Below are positions 29,518 through 38,217 of a stretch of 64,000 nucleotides of DNA, piece after piece. The translations under genes were made by a program, and so were the position numbers. The stretch is from Verrucomicrobiota bacterium. GTDB taxonomy: Bacteria > Verrucomicrobiota > Verrucomicrobiia > Verrucomicrobiales > DEV007. The notes below the pieces were generated by a model. It ran no database searches. It had not been told where the DNA came from and worked only from the letters and a program-made list of their open reading frames with translations. The stretch covers positions 15,063 through 79,062 of the forward strand of contig JBCDBW010000002.1 of assembly GCA_039182965.1 (NCBI GenBank), in the 5' to 3' direction. Within the stretch, counting starts at the first letter, position 1. Each line of letters opens with the position of its first letter.

Positions 29518-30843
29518 ATGACCATAATCAATCGCAGAGCACTCCTTCGAGGGATGGCAGCCAGTGCCGGCGCGGCCATAGGATCTAGTTTGTTGCCGGA
29601 GTTTGTTCGGGCGATGCCCCTTGCAAGGGGTGTGCCGAAGAGGGTCATTTTCTTTCTGCAGAACCAAGGTTTTGATCCGGCGACGGCAATTCCGAAGGGG
29701 CTGAAGGAGAGTTGTTCCCTAGCGGGGGTGACGTTGCCTGAGCCGGTGAATCCTCTAGAGCCGATCAAGGACATGCTTCACATTGTGAATGGTCTGCACG
29801 GTCAGCATACCAGTCCGTCGCACAGTGCCTACTTTGGAGCGCTGGGTGGTTATCGCGGGGGCATTGGTATTCCGGCGCGTGGCGCGACAATCGATCATGT
29901 GATCAGTCAGGAATTGCCGGAAACTATTCTACCACATCTTTGTATTGGGATGGATTCGTTAGAGAACATGCAGTCGCGTCCGACGTTGGCGACTTTGTCT
30001 GCGGCGGGACCAGGTCAGCCGATGTTCATGCATTCCAATCCGAATGACCTATACGAACTTTTGTTTGGCGGACTTTCGACGGGGGATGTGAAGCGTCGAT
30101 ACGAGGCGCGGTCGAAGGTTTACAACAAGATCGAAAAGCTCGCGGGTATTGCGGGCCGAGGACTTCCGGAGGGGGACCGGGAGCGCTATGGCAGTTACGT
30201 TGACGGTTTTCGTGACATCAATGGATTGCGTGATCGCTTGGCGGGTGTGACGGACCACTTGAAGGATTTTGCTCCGGAGTATGATGAAGGGTATACGAAT
30301 CCTGAATTCGAGACGGACTGGCATGATCGCCTTCTTGATATTGGCCTGGCGTCCTTGAAGTCTGGGATTACGAACACGCTTACGATTGGTTCCGGCCGGG
30401 GAGAGATTTTCGGAGCTTGGAAGGGTTTGGGGGTGGTTGAGCAGGGGCACAATCTTGGTCACATGCCGCAACCGGACAACGACATTTGGATCAAGATTCG
30501 CCAATACAATTGCCGGATGCTTGTCAAGATGGTGCGCGAGCTTGAGTCCATGCCGGAAGGTGAGGGGTCGATGATGGACAACACAGTGATTGTTTACACG
30601 AGCAACAATGCCGACAAGCAGCACACGAGCGGCAGCAATTGGCCATTTATTCTGATCGGCAACGGGGGCAGCCCCTTTAAGACTGGTCAATTTACGCAGA
30701 TGGAAGACAAGCGTCCGATCAACGCGATGTATTCGACTCTTCTTCATGCTGCCGGTGCGCCGCAGGATCGTTTCAACATGGACGAGAAGACAGCGGCCAC
30801 CCATGACACGAAGGTTGGACCGATCGAAGAACTTCTCGCCTGA
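29518..30843 (+). CDS. DUF1552 domain protein, Tat signal
   Basis: [26 protein letters not shown]1552-type blocks [18 protein letters not shown] and [22 protein letters not shown]. Confidence 0.85.
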   Translation: MTIINRRALLRGMAASAGAAIGSSLLPEFVRAMPLARGVPKRVIFFLQNQGFDPATAIPKGLKESCSLAGVTLPEPVNPLEPIKDMLHIVNGLHGQHTSPSHSAYFGALGGYRGGIGIPARGATIDHVISQELPETILPHLCIGMDSLENMQSRPTLATLSAAGPGQPMFMHSNPNDLYELLFGGLSTGDVKRRYEARSKVYNKIEKLAGIAGRGLPEGDRERYGSYVDGFRDINGLRDRLAGVTDHLKDFAPEYDEGYTNPEFETDWHDRLLDIGLASLKSGITNTLTIGSGRGEIFGAWKGLGVVEQGHNLGHMPQPDNDIWIKIRQYNCRMLVKMVRELESMPEGEGSMMDNTVIVYTSNNADKQHTSGSNWPFILIGNGGSPFKTGQFTQMEDKRPINAMYSTLLHAAGAPQDRFNMDEKTAATHDTKVGPIEELLA

Positions 30844-30847
30844 ACCC

Positions 30848-33253
30848 ATGTCAAATCCCACCGCGATTTTTGGCGCGATTGGGCTTTTTACCGCGTCGTT
30901 AACGACTGTGGGAGCCGAGGAGCCGGTCCGTTCTTTCAAGTCTTTCGCGGAGCCGTTCCTGGTCGAGTATTGCTTTGACTGTCATGACGCGAGCACGGAG
31001 AAGGGCGGTGTCTCCTTGGAAGAGCTAGCGGACATCAGTCCCGACAACGCGGTTTTATGGAAGTCGGTTTGGGAGCAGGTGGCGCTGGGTGAGATGCCGC
31101 CTCGCGACAAGAAGAATCAACCGGAGAAGATGGATCGGTTTTGGTTGTCGCAGTGGATCACGGGAGGGCTGGAACAGGCTTTGGCTGACGAGGGTGGATT
31201 CTACACTCATCTCCATCCGGCCAAGGCGAATCATCTCGATCATGATCTTTTGTTTGGTGAGGCGGAAATTGAGTTCAAGCCGGCTTCAACGCCGGCACGG
31301 ATTTGGCGTATTCATCCCCAGGAGCATTTGGTGCGACTTAATGAATTGATCGACAAGGAGCCGGATTACGATCCGGAGAACCCGGGATTGCGTGCACGGG
31401 GTGATCACATTCCGTGGAATACCCTGGGCGAGGTGAGGGTCTATTTCGGGCTCGACCGCATCACCGGTTGGGTAGGGGGGAGTGCGGCTTATACGGCGGC
31501 GATCACCGGATTTCCGCCGATTCTCACCACGGCGAACGACCACGGGTTGCGGAACTATGCGATGCAATACTCCGTCAACGGGGCGGAGGCGACGCAGATT
31601 TCGCAGAACGCCGAGGATATTCTTGTTTTCATGGCGCATGGTCCGAAGGGCGAGCCGTATCAATTTGTCGACGATCCGAAGAAGGTGAAGCGGCCCGCCG
31701 AGTATGATGGGTTGGACATTCGCGGGACGATTCAGAGTTTGGTGTATTCACGGGATCCGCAGCGTCCTCTGACTCCGGTTTACGAATTGCTGAAGGAGCC
31801 GGGCGTCACGGATGAGAAGATTCGAGCGGCGGTTGATTTTCTTTTTGAGGCGCTGACCTTCCGTCCACCGACGAAGAAGGAAGCGAAGACCTATGTTCGC
31901 ATGGTGCAGGAAGCGATTGCGGATCTTGGGGAGGAAGAGGGTGCGATCCTGGGGCTGTCCTCGATTTTTCTTGATCGAGAGGCGTTGTTTCGCACGGAAC
32001 TTGTGGAATACGGCACGCCGGACGAGCACGATCGGGTGATGTTGCAGGATTGGGAGTTGGCTCTTGCCGTCAATGGGGCATTCAGCTATCTCCCGCCGAA
32101 TTCGGAGCTACGCCAGGCGGTTCTTGACGGTCGCATGAAAACGCGTGAGGACGTTGAGCGTGAGGTTGCGCGAATTATAGAGGATCCCAGCATTCGGAAG
32201 CCGCGGGTGCTTCAGTTTTTTAGGGAGTATTTTGACTATGATAGGGCGGGTCGCATTTGTAAGGACACGGCTGCTTTGAAGAAGGCCGCGGGCGGCAATG
32301 ACACGAGGAGATACACCGAGGCAATGTACGCCGCGACTCAAAGCACCGATCGCCTTATCGAGCTGATTCTTGAGGAGGACCGCGACGTTCTCTCTGAGAT
32401 ACTAACCACGGATCGCGTTGTTTATGATCGTCGGAACGACACTTTGTATTACAGCACTCACGAGAATCTGAAGAATCCCAAGCCGAAGCCCCATCCTGAG
32501 AAGCGTAACAAGAAGATCGAACCCACGCCTGAGGAGAAGGGACACACCATTCTACCCGACGGTGAAAGAATCAGCGTTCGAGTGCCGGCTCTTCGCTATT
32601 ACAGTGGCAATTCTGATCGGATATTGACCACCGCTCCGAAGGAAGAGCGCATGGGAATTCTTACGCATCCGGCGTGGCTCGTTTCGCACACGGACGCAAT
32701 GGACAACCATGCGATTCACCGTGGCAAGTGGGTTCGGGAGCGCTTACTTGGGGGGGCGGTTCCAGATGTGCCGATCACGGTTGATGCCCAACTTCCCGAT
32801 GAACCAGGCACGACCTTGCGCCACCGGATGAGGGTGACGTCTGAGGAGTATTGCTGGAGTTGTCATGACAAGATGGATCCGCTGGGTTTTCCTTTTGAGA
32901 TGTATAATCATATTGGTTTGTATCGCACGACCGAATATGGCGAGCCGGTCGATACGAGCGGGGAGATTATCGACAGTGGCGATCCTTCTATTGATGGGCC
33001 GGTTACGGATGCATTGGATCTGATTCGGAAACTTGCGGAGAGTGAGCGTGTCGAGCAGGTGTTTGTGCGTCACGCGTTCCGTTATTGGATGGGGCGTAAC
33101 GAGACTCTCAACGATGCTCCGATTCTCCAAGAGGCCTGGCGCGCGTATCGCGACAGTGGGAGTATGAATGCGTTGATTACTTCGCTGGTGACTTCGGATG
33201 CATTCCTTTACCGCCAGGTGACGCCGAAGCGTAAGGGCATTGCTTCCGAGTAG
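30848..33253 (+). CDS. PSCyt3/PSD (DUF1587-DUF1592-DUF1595-DUF1588-DUF1585 family) protein
   Basis: ATG 30848, 4 nt after the DUF1552 stop, gives signal peptide MSNPTAIFGAIGLFTASLTTVGA. CFDCHDASTEKGGVSLEEL. C-terminal CWSCHDKMDPLGFPFE. Confidence 0.85.
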   Translation: MSNPTAIFGAIGLFTASLTTVGAEEPVRSFKSFAEPFLVEYCFDCHDASTEKGGVSLEELADISPDNAVLWKSVWEQVALGEMPPRDKKNQPEKMDRFWLSQWITGGLEQALADEGGFYTHLHPAKANHLDHDLLFGEAEIEFKPASTPARIWRIHPQEHLVRLNELIDKEPDYDPENPGLRARGDHIPWNTLGEVRVYFGLDRITGWVGGSAAYTAAITGFPPILTTANDHGLRNYAMQYSVNGAEATQISQNAEDILVFMAHGPKGEPYQFVDDPKKVKRPAEYDGLDIRGTIQSLVYSRDPQRPLTPVYELLKEPGVTDEKIRAAVDFLFEALTFRPPTKKEAKTYVRMVQEAIADLGEEEGAILGLSSIFLDREALFRTELVEYGTPDEHDRVMLQDWELALAVNGAFSYLPPNSELRQAVLDGRMKTREDVEREVARIIEDPSIRKPRVLQFFREYFDYDRAGRICKDTAALKKAAGGNDTRRYTEAMYAATQSTDRLIELILEEDRDVLSEILTTDRVVYDRRNDTLYYSTHENLKNPKPKPHPEKRNKKIEPTPEEKGHTILPDGERISVRVPALRYYSGNSDRILTTAPKEERMGILTHPAWLVSHTDAMDNHAIHRGKWVRERLLGGAVPDVPITVDAQLPDEPGTTLRHRMRVTSEEYCWSCHDKMDPLGFPFEMYNHIGLYRTTEYGEPVDTSGEIIDSGDPSIDGPVTDALDLIRKLAESERVEQVFVRHAFRYWMGRNETLNDAPILQEAWRAYRDSGSMNALITSLVTSDAFLYRQVTPKRKGIASE

Positions 33254-33277
33254 CGTGCGCGTTGCGCGAGGAGGCTG

Positions 33278-34678
33278 CTACATTGGAGCGATCCGTTTTG
33301 AGCCGACGTCGGTGGTGAGCATCACGTGGGCGTTGAAACTGCGGTAAATCAGGTCGTTTTTGATTTCCTGGTGGTCGGCTGAGTCCCAAAGATTGACGAA
33401 CTCCCATGGATCTTCTTGCAGATCGTAGAGCTCTCCGGAGTTTTTTCCGTGGTATACGCTCAGCTTGTATCGCTCATCGCGATACATCGTGGCGAAGCTT
33501 CCGTCCCCGCCGGTGAAGAAACTGTCGAGGGAATCGAAATATTCACAGCGGACGAAGTCCCGGTGGTGATCGGGCGTGGCTTCACCTTCGAGGATCGGGG
33601 TGAGGCTTTTGCCTTGGGCGTAATCGGGTTGAGGCAGGCCGGCGAGGTCGAGGATGGTTGCGGTCATGTCGAGCAGTTCGACGAGAGCGTCGCTGCGAAG
33701 GTCCTGTTTGAATCTGCCGGGGCATGAGAAAATGAGCGGGACGCGCACGAGTCCTTCGTAGAATCGGCATCCTTTGTACATGAGTCCGTGATCTCCGAGG
33801 GTTTCGCCGTGATCGCTGGTGAAGATGATAATCGTGTTCTCCCGTTGACCGCTTTCGTCGAGGTATGCGAGCAGGCGCCCGAATTGATCGTCGATTTGGG
33901 CGATCATCGCGTAGTAGAGGGCTTGCTTTTGTTTTGCTTCGTGTTGTTCCGGGGTTTGGACTTCTCCTTGGAAATCGACGTTTGCCAGTTGGGCCTGTTG
34001 TTCGAGATCGCTTGTTTTGAAATGCGGGCCGGGCATTTCATCGGGGTTGAATTGGTCGGCGTAGGATTTGGGAGGGATGAATGGTGGGTGGGGATCGTAG
34101 ATATTGACGGAGAGGAACCAAGGGCCGTTGCGCGATTCGTTGAAGAACTCGAGGGCGCGTTCGGTGGCCCAGGTGGTTTGGTGGAACTCGGTGGGAATGC
34201 GGTCTGTGCTTTCGCGCATGGCATTGAGGTCGCCTCCTTTTTTGCGGACCCATTCCGCGTAGTCGTGTCCTTCGGGCCAGTCGTCGCGTGGAGCGTGGCT
34301 GAATTTCCAGTAGCGATAGCCATCGTCGAGACGGGGTTCCGTGCGTTTTCCGGAGCTTTGGAGGTGGAATTTGCCGATGTTTCCGCAGTCGTATCCGCTA
34401 TCGGCGAGCAGTTTGCTGATGAGGGGTGGGTGATCGGGGAAAGTGTCGTTGCCGTTTCGGGTGTTGTGGAGGCGGCTGGGATACATGCCGGTCATGAAAC
34501 TGGAACGACTTGGCGTGCAGATGGGGCTTTGGCAGTAGGTGGTGGTGAAGCTGGTGCCTTCGGAGACGAGACGGTCAATGGTCGGGGTATGCACATAGGG
34601 ATTACCGAGGGCGCCGATCGTGTCGAAGCGTTGTTGGTCCGTGCAGTAGAGGAGAATATTCGGGTGTGTGTTACTCAT
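33278..34678 (-). CDS. sulfatase (S1 family) without signal peptide (predicted cytoplasmic)
   Basis: ATG 34678 (MSNTHPNILLYCTDQQRFD...) or TTG 34690. The catalytic core begins within 10 residues of either start. CTPSRSSFMTG. 8-nt overlap (ATGAGTAA) with the tctA stop. Confidence 0.88.
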   Translation of the reverse strand: MSNTHPNILLYCTDQQRFDTIGALGNPYVHTPTIDRLVSEGTSFTTTYCQSPICTPSRSSFMTGMYPSRLHNTRNGNDTFPDHPPLISKLLADSGYDCGNIGKFHLQSSGKRTEPRLDDGYRYWKFSHAPRDDWPEGHDYAEWVRKKGGDLNAMRESTDRIPTEFHQTTWATERALEFFNESRNGPWFLSVNIYDPHPPFIPPKSYADQFNPDEMPGPHFKTSDLEQQAQLANVDFQGEVQTPEQHEAKQKQALYYAMIAQIDDQFGRLLAYLDESGQRENTIIIFTSDHGETLGDHGLMYKGCRFYEGLVRVPLIFSCPGRFKQDLRSDALVELLDMTATILDLAGLPQPDYAQGKSLTPILEGEATPDHHRDFVRCEYFDSLDSFFTGGDGSFATMYRDERYKLSVYHGKNSGELYDLQEDPWEFVNLWDSADHQEIKNDLIYRSFNAHVMLTTDVGSKRIAPM

Positions 34679-36176
34679 TGCTTCCGTCAACGTTACCGGG
34701 GAGTTTGTTTTTGCGTGCGAGTTGCTTGTTTCTCACGATTGGCATGATCAGTAATAGGAGCGATATTCCGCAGAATGCCAGTGAGAGGGGGCGGGTGACG
34801 AGCGGCAGGAAGCTGCCTCCTGATTGCATGAGTCCGGCGACGAGGTTTTCTTCAGCGACCGGTCTGAGGACGAAACCGATGACGAAGGGGGCGAGGGGGA
34901 TTTTGAATCGGTCCATGGCGAATCCAGCAATGCCGAACGCGAGCATGACCCAGACGTCGAAGAAGCGGTTAGCCAACGCGTAGGAGCCGATCACGCAGAA
35001 GGTCATAATTACGGGGACGAGGATGTATCGCGGGACGGAGCCGAGGCGTGCGATCCATCTGACGGACGCGATCATCATGAAGACCATGCAGACATTGGCC
35101 CAGAAGTATGATCCCGTGATGGCGTGGACGATTTCTGGATCGGATTCGAAGAGCATGGGCCCTGGTGCGAGGCCGTGGATGACGAAGGCACCGAGAAGGA
35201 TGGCATCGATGACGCTGCCGGGGATTCCGAGGGCGATGAGGGGGATGAGGGCGCCGCCGACGGTGGCGTTATTGGCGGATTCGGAAGCGACGACACCGTA
35301 GTCGCAGCCTTTTCCGAATTCGTCGGGTGTTTTTGAAGCGTTACGGGCGGCGGAGTAGGCCATGACCGAGCCGATGTTGGCACCGACGCCGGGGAGGATG
35401 CCGACCCAGGTGCCGATGAGGCTGCTCCTGAGGATGTTAACGGCTTGCTGTCGCCATTCGGTGAGGGTGAGGAACATGCCTTTGCGGTTTCCTTGAATAT
35501 CGCTATTGGAGGTTGCCGTGTGACGAAGGGCTTCGTTTAAGATTTGGCTCAGGGCGAAGAGGCCGATGAGGACGGGGAGAAGTTTGAAGCCATCGTTGAG
35601 TTCGGAAATGCCGAGGGTAAGTCGGATTTGACCGGTGCCGGGTGCGACGCCGGGCATGGCGATTAGGATACCGAGGAGGCCTGCGAAGATGCCTCGGATT
35701 TGGGATTTGCCGCCGACGCTGGCGATGAGGACGAGGGCCATGAGGACCATGGAGAAGAACTCGAATGGGCCCATGCGAGTGGACCATTTGGCCATGGGTC
35801 CGGCAAGGAGAATGAGGAATAGCCAGGAGAAGATGCCTCCCGCAAAAGAGGCGAGCACGCCGAGGCCGAGGGCGCGGCCGGGACGACCGGACTTCGCCAT
35901 GGGGTAGCCATCGAGCGTGGTCATCATGGATGCGGGGGTGCCAGGCATGCGCATGAGGGTGGCGGTAATGAGTCCGCCGCTGACGGAGCCCACATACATC
36001 GCGACGAGTAGAATCAGGGCGTCGCTTCCATTCATGGAGTACGTGAGCGGCAAGGTGAGCGCGATGAGCATTGCCCCGGTGAGGCCGGGAGTCGCGCCGA
36101 CGAGGATGCCGAGGGCGGTGCCGATGAGAATCCATCCGGCAGCGCCGGGGTCTGAGATGAATGTCAGTCCTTCCAT
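34671..36176 (-). CDS. tctA: tripartite tricarboxylate transporter (TTT) large permease TctA
   Basis: 501 aa, polytopic. GATPGLTGAMLIALTLP and TLDGYPMAKSGRPGRALG are typical of TctA/DUF112. Confidence 0.9.
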   Translation of the reverse strand: MEGLTFISDPGAAGWILIGTALGILVGATPGLTGAMLIALTLPLTYSMNGSDALILLVAMYVGSVSGGLITATLMRMPGTPASMMTTLDGYPMAKSGRPGRALGLGVLASFAGGIFSWLFLILLAGPMAKWSTRMGPFEFFSMVLMALVLIASVGGKSQIRGIFAGLLGILIAMPGVAPGTGQIRLTLGISELNDGFKLLPVLIGLFALSQILNEALRHTATSNSDIQGNRKGMFLTLTEWRQQAVNILRSSLIGTWVGILPGVGANIGSVMAYSAARNASKTPDEFGKGCDYGVVASESANNATVGGALIPLIALGIPGSVIDAILLGAFVIHGLAPGPMLFESDPEIVHAITGSYFWANVCMVFMMIASVRWIARLGSVPRYILVPVIMTFCVIGSYALANRFFDVWVMLAFGIAGFAMDRFKIPLAPFVIGFVLRPVAEENLVAGLMQSGGSFLPLVTRPLSLAFCGISLLLLIMPIVRNKQLARKNKLPGNVDGSNE

Positions 36177-36188
36177 ATTTGGGTTGTT

Positions 36189-37535
36189 TTACGGCAAGTC
36201 GATAACGAGGACCTGAGTGAAGAGATAGAAGCAACCGAAGCCGAGCGCGAGTCCGGCACCGACGAGGATGAAGACGGGGCGGATGCCGATGGGTCGTCCT
36301 TTGAGCCAAGCCAAGCCAAGCAGGGGGACGTAGACGAGGGTGGCGACGGGAAAAGAGACGCGGCCGATTTGCATGGCGAGGACGTAAGCGGCGCTCAAGA
36401 GCAGGACGGCGATCATGAGGGGCCAGCGGAGTGGGGCACTACTTGAGTTTGGTTCTCTGCTTGATCGGCCCGCGTTTTTTCGGAGTTCGTCAATTAGAAT
36501 CCAGGCTGCACAGAGGCTGAGAATTACAATGAGGAAGTTCGGTAAGTTGGGGAGGCGATCGAGTTCGGCGATTCCCACGGATGCGATTGCTTTTTCGCGG
36601 CGATCGATTTCGCGGCGCAGCGCGTCTCCTCGAAGAACGACTGGATCCACCTTCATTTCCGCGAGAGTTTCGCGGAGGGCTTCGCTGTTCATCGCCCGTT
36701 CGAGGGCATCTGCGAAGACTTCGATTCGCTCTTGTGGGGTACCGCGTGGGGCCCACCAGAATTGGATGCCTGAGCTTACGACATCGTATCCTTGCTCAGT
36801 GGCGGTGGGCAGATCTGGTGCCTCGGGATGGCGATCTTGTCCGAGAAACGCGAGCGCGCGGATGCCGGCATCGCGGAATTGGAAATATTCGGATATCGAG
36901 AAAGCGGTGGCGTCGATGTGACCGCCTTGGAGGGACGCGAAGCGTTTGGCGCCGCCGCCGGTTTGGACGTATCGGAATGCGCTGCCAGGTGCTTGGGCTT
37001 CGAGTTGGCGTCCGGCGAAATAACTGGGGGCCCCGACATTGGCGCCGAAGACGATGGTGTCGGGCTCGGCACCGGCTGTTTCCATCAGAGAGGCGAGGTC
37101 TTGGTGGGGAGAATTTTCGTCGACGCAGACGACCATCCCGGCGGTGCCGGTGGCGGCGATCGGGGTGAAGGCTTCGGGGCCGTAGGGGGTGATGCCGGCG
37201 TACTTCGCGGTGATGATGCCTTCGTGGAGATTGAGGAGAGTGTATCCATCTGCGAGCGCGTCTTTGACCCGGCGGCTGCCGATGGAACCGCCGGCTCCGG
37301 GCACGTTAATGACGACGAGCGGCTGGGGGAGGAGGTTTTCGTCGCGGATTGTTTTTTGGACGACCCTTACAAACTGATCGCTGCCCCCTCCGGCGCCGAA
37401 GGGAACGATGATTTTGACGGGCTTGTGGGGATAGGATTGGGAGGGCTTGTCGTCGGAAGGATTACAAGCTGCCAGCAGTAGAGCTGTGGCACAGAGCCAC
37501 CACACTCGTATTCCCAGGTTGTATGAGTCCCGCAT
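36189..37535 (-). CDS. TctC (Bug-family solute-binding lipoprotein) fused to a TctB-like 4-TM domain
   Basis: Lipobox LLLAAC. TctC blocks KIIVPFGAGGGSDQFVR, NVPGAGGSIGS and ADGYTLL. The C-terminal ~130 aa has four hydrophobic helices (FLIVILSLCAAWIL...LMIAVLLLSAAYVLA...VYVPLLGLAWL...FILVGAGLALGFGCFYLF). Confidence 0.8.
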   Translation of the reverse strand: MRDSYNLGIRVWWLCATALLLAACNPSDDKPSQSYPHKPVKIIVPFGAGGGSDQFVRVVQKTIRDENLLPQPLVVINVPGAGGSIGSRRVKDALADGYTLLNLHEGIITAKYAGITPYGPEAFTPIAATGTAGMVVCVDENSPHQDLASLMETAGAEPDTIVFGANVGAPSYFAGRQLEAQAPGSAFRYVQTGGGAKRFASLQGGHIDATAFSISEYFQFRDAGIRALAFLGQDRHPEAPDLPTATEQGYDVVSSGIQFWWAPRGTPQERIEVFADALERAMNSEALRETLAEMKVDPVVLRGDALRREIDRREKAIASVGIAELDRLPNLPNFLIVILSLCAAWILIDELRKNAGRSSREPNSSSAPLRWPLMIAVLLLSAAYVLAMQIGRVSFPVATLVYVPLLGLAWLKGRPIGIRPVFILVGAGLALGFGCFYLFTQVLVIDLP

Positions 37536-37590
37536 CGCATCTAGTGAAGCGGGGAATGATAGCGAGCGTCAATGGAAGTCGATGGGCAGG

Positions 37591-37809
37591 TTACGGGGTG
37601 AGGAGGAGCTCGAGGAACCGGTCCCGGGCGGCGAGATTGGAGCCGATGAGACGTGAGGCTTTGTCTTTCTCGCGTGAGGAGGCCTTTCCAGCGACGACGC
37701 GCCGGAGGAGGCGTCCCTCCTTGCGTTTGAGGGGCGTTGCCGGGGCCTTTTCAGGGATTGGGAGGGGATGATCGTTGGAGGTGGGGTGGCTGGTGGAGAT
37801 GTTTTTCAT
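37591..37809 (-). CDS. small basic hypothetical protein (72 aa), speculative
   Basis: ORF preceded by AAAAAGGAAAAGTCTCC before the ATG. No similarity recognised. Lies in the 680-nt gene-poor gap upstream of tctCB. Confidence 0.25.
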   Translation of the reverse strand: MKNISTSHPTSNDHPLPIPEKAPATPLKRKEGRLLRRVVAGKASSREKDKASRLIGSNLAARDRFLELLLTP

Positions 37810-37924
37810 GGAGACTTTTCCTTTTTGTTTACCGGGATACCGGCATCACGGGGAAGTCTTTCACGAAAAACGCACCCAATTCGGGTAAGGAAGGGGGTGA
37901 GACGCCTGCTTGGGGTGAGCCGGT

Positions 37925-38074
37925 TTAACGACTTCCTTTCTCTACTTGGGAGATCGAGGAGGCTTCCGAAGGATCGTCTCTGGAGGAAGAGAAATTTTTA
38001 TCCAGCCAGTGCAGGAGGGCGATGACGGCAATGACGATGATAATGAGGCTTTGTGGTTTGATGGTGGTGTCCAT
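37925..38074 (-). CDS. small single-TM hypothetical protein (49 aa), speculative
   Basis: Hand translation: MDTTIKPQSLIIIVIAVIALLHWLDKNFSSSRDDPSEASSISQVEKGSR, then TAA. Preceded by AAAAAGGACC before the ATG. Below the ORF-track length cutoff. Confidence 0.2.
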   Translation of the reverse strand: MDTTIKPQSLIIIVIAVIALLHWLDKNFSSSRDDPSEASSISQVEKGSR

Positions 38075-38139
38075 GGTCCTTTTTCTTTGGTTATTGTCAC
38101 AGGGCGCTGGAGGGGCATGGATGGCACCATTCCACTTGA

Positions 38140-38182
38140 GAATGACAAAGTGGGGGGCGGATGGATGACAGTTTTGTCATTC
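38140..38182. repeat. perfect 10-bp inverted repeat GAATGACAAA / TTTGTCATTC with a nested alternative hairpin
   Basis: Left arm 38140-38149, right arm 38173-38182. The right arm can alternatively pair with ATGACA at 38165-38170 (loop GTTT). Sits just downstream of the DUF1080 stop at 38218. Confidence 0.4.
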
Positions 38183-38217
38183 CTGGCCAAGGGGGTGAGA
38201 GGGAGGGGTCTGGTCGG

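Noticed and set aside
33788-34747. 319-aa plus-strand ORF, with similar V/G/E/A/D-rich ORFs at 39744-40628, 41001-42005, 42006-42833, 43110-43730, 47086-48039 and 63215-63985
   Set aside because: All are antisense to sulfatase, DUF1592 or FecR genes that carry unmistakable motifs. Their composition (runs of V, G, E, D, A, F) is what reverse-complemented high-GC3 coding sequence yields.
35503-36309. 268-aa Arg/Pro/His-rich ORF plus other ORFs over tctA/tctC (36415-37481)
   Set aside because: These are alternative-frame or antisense artefacts. The TctA and TctC frames have clear family motifs and sensible hydrophobicity.
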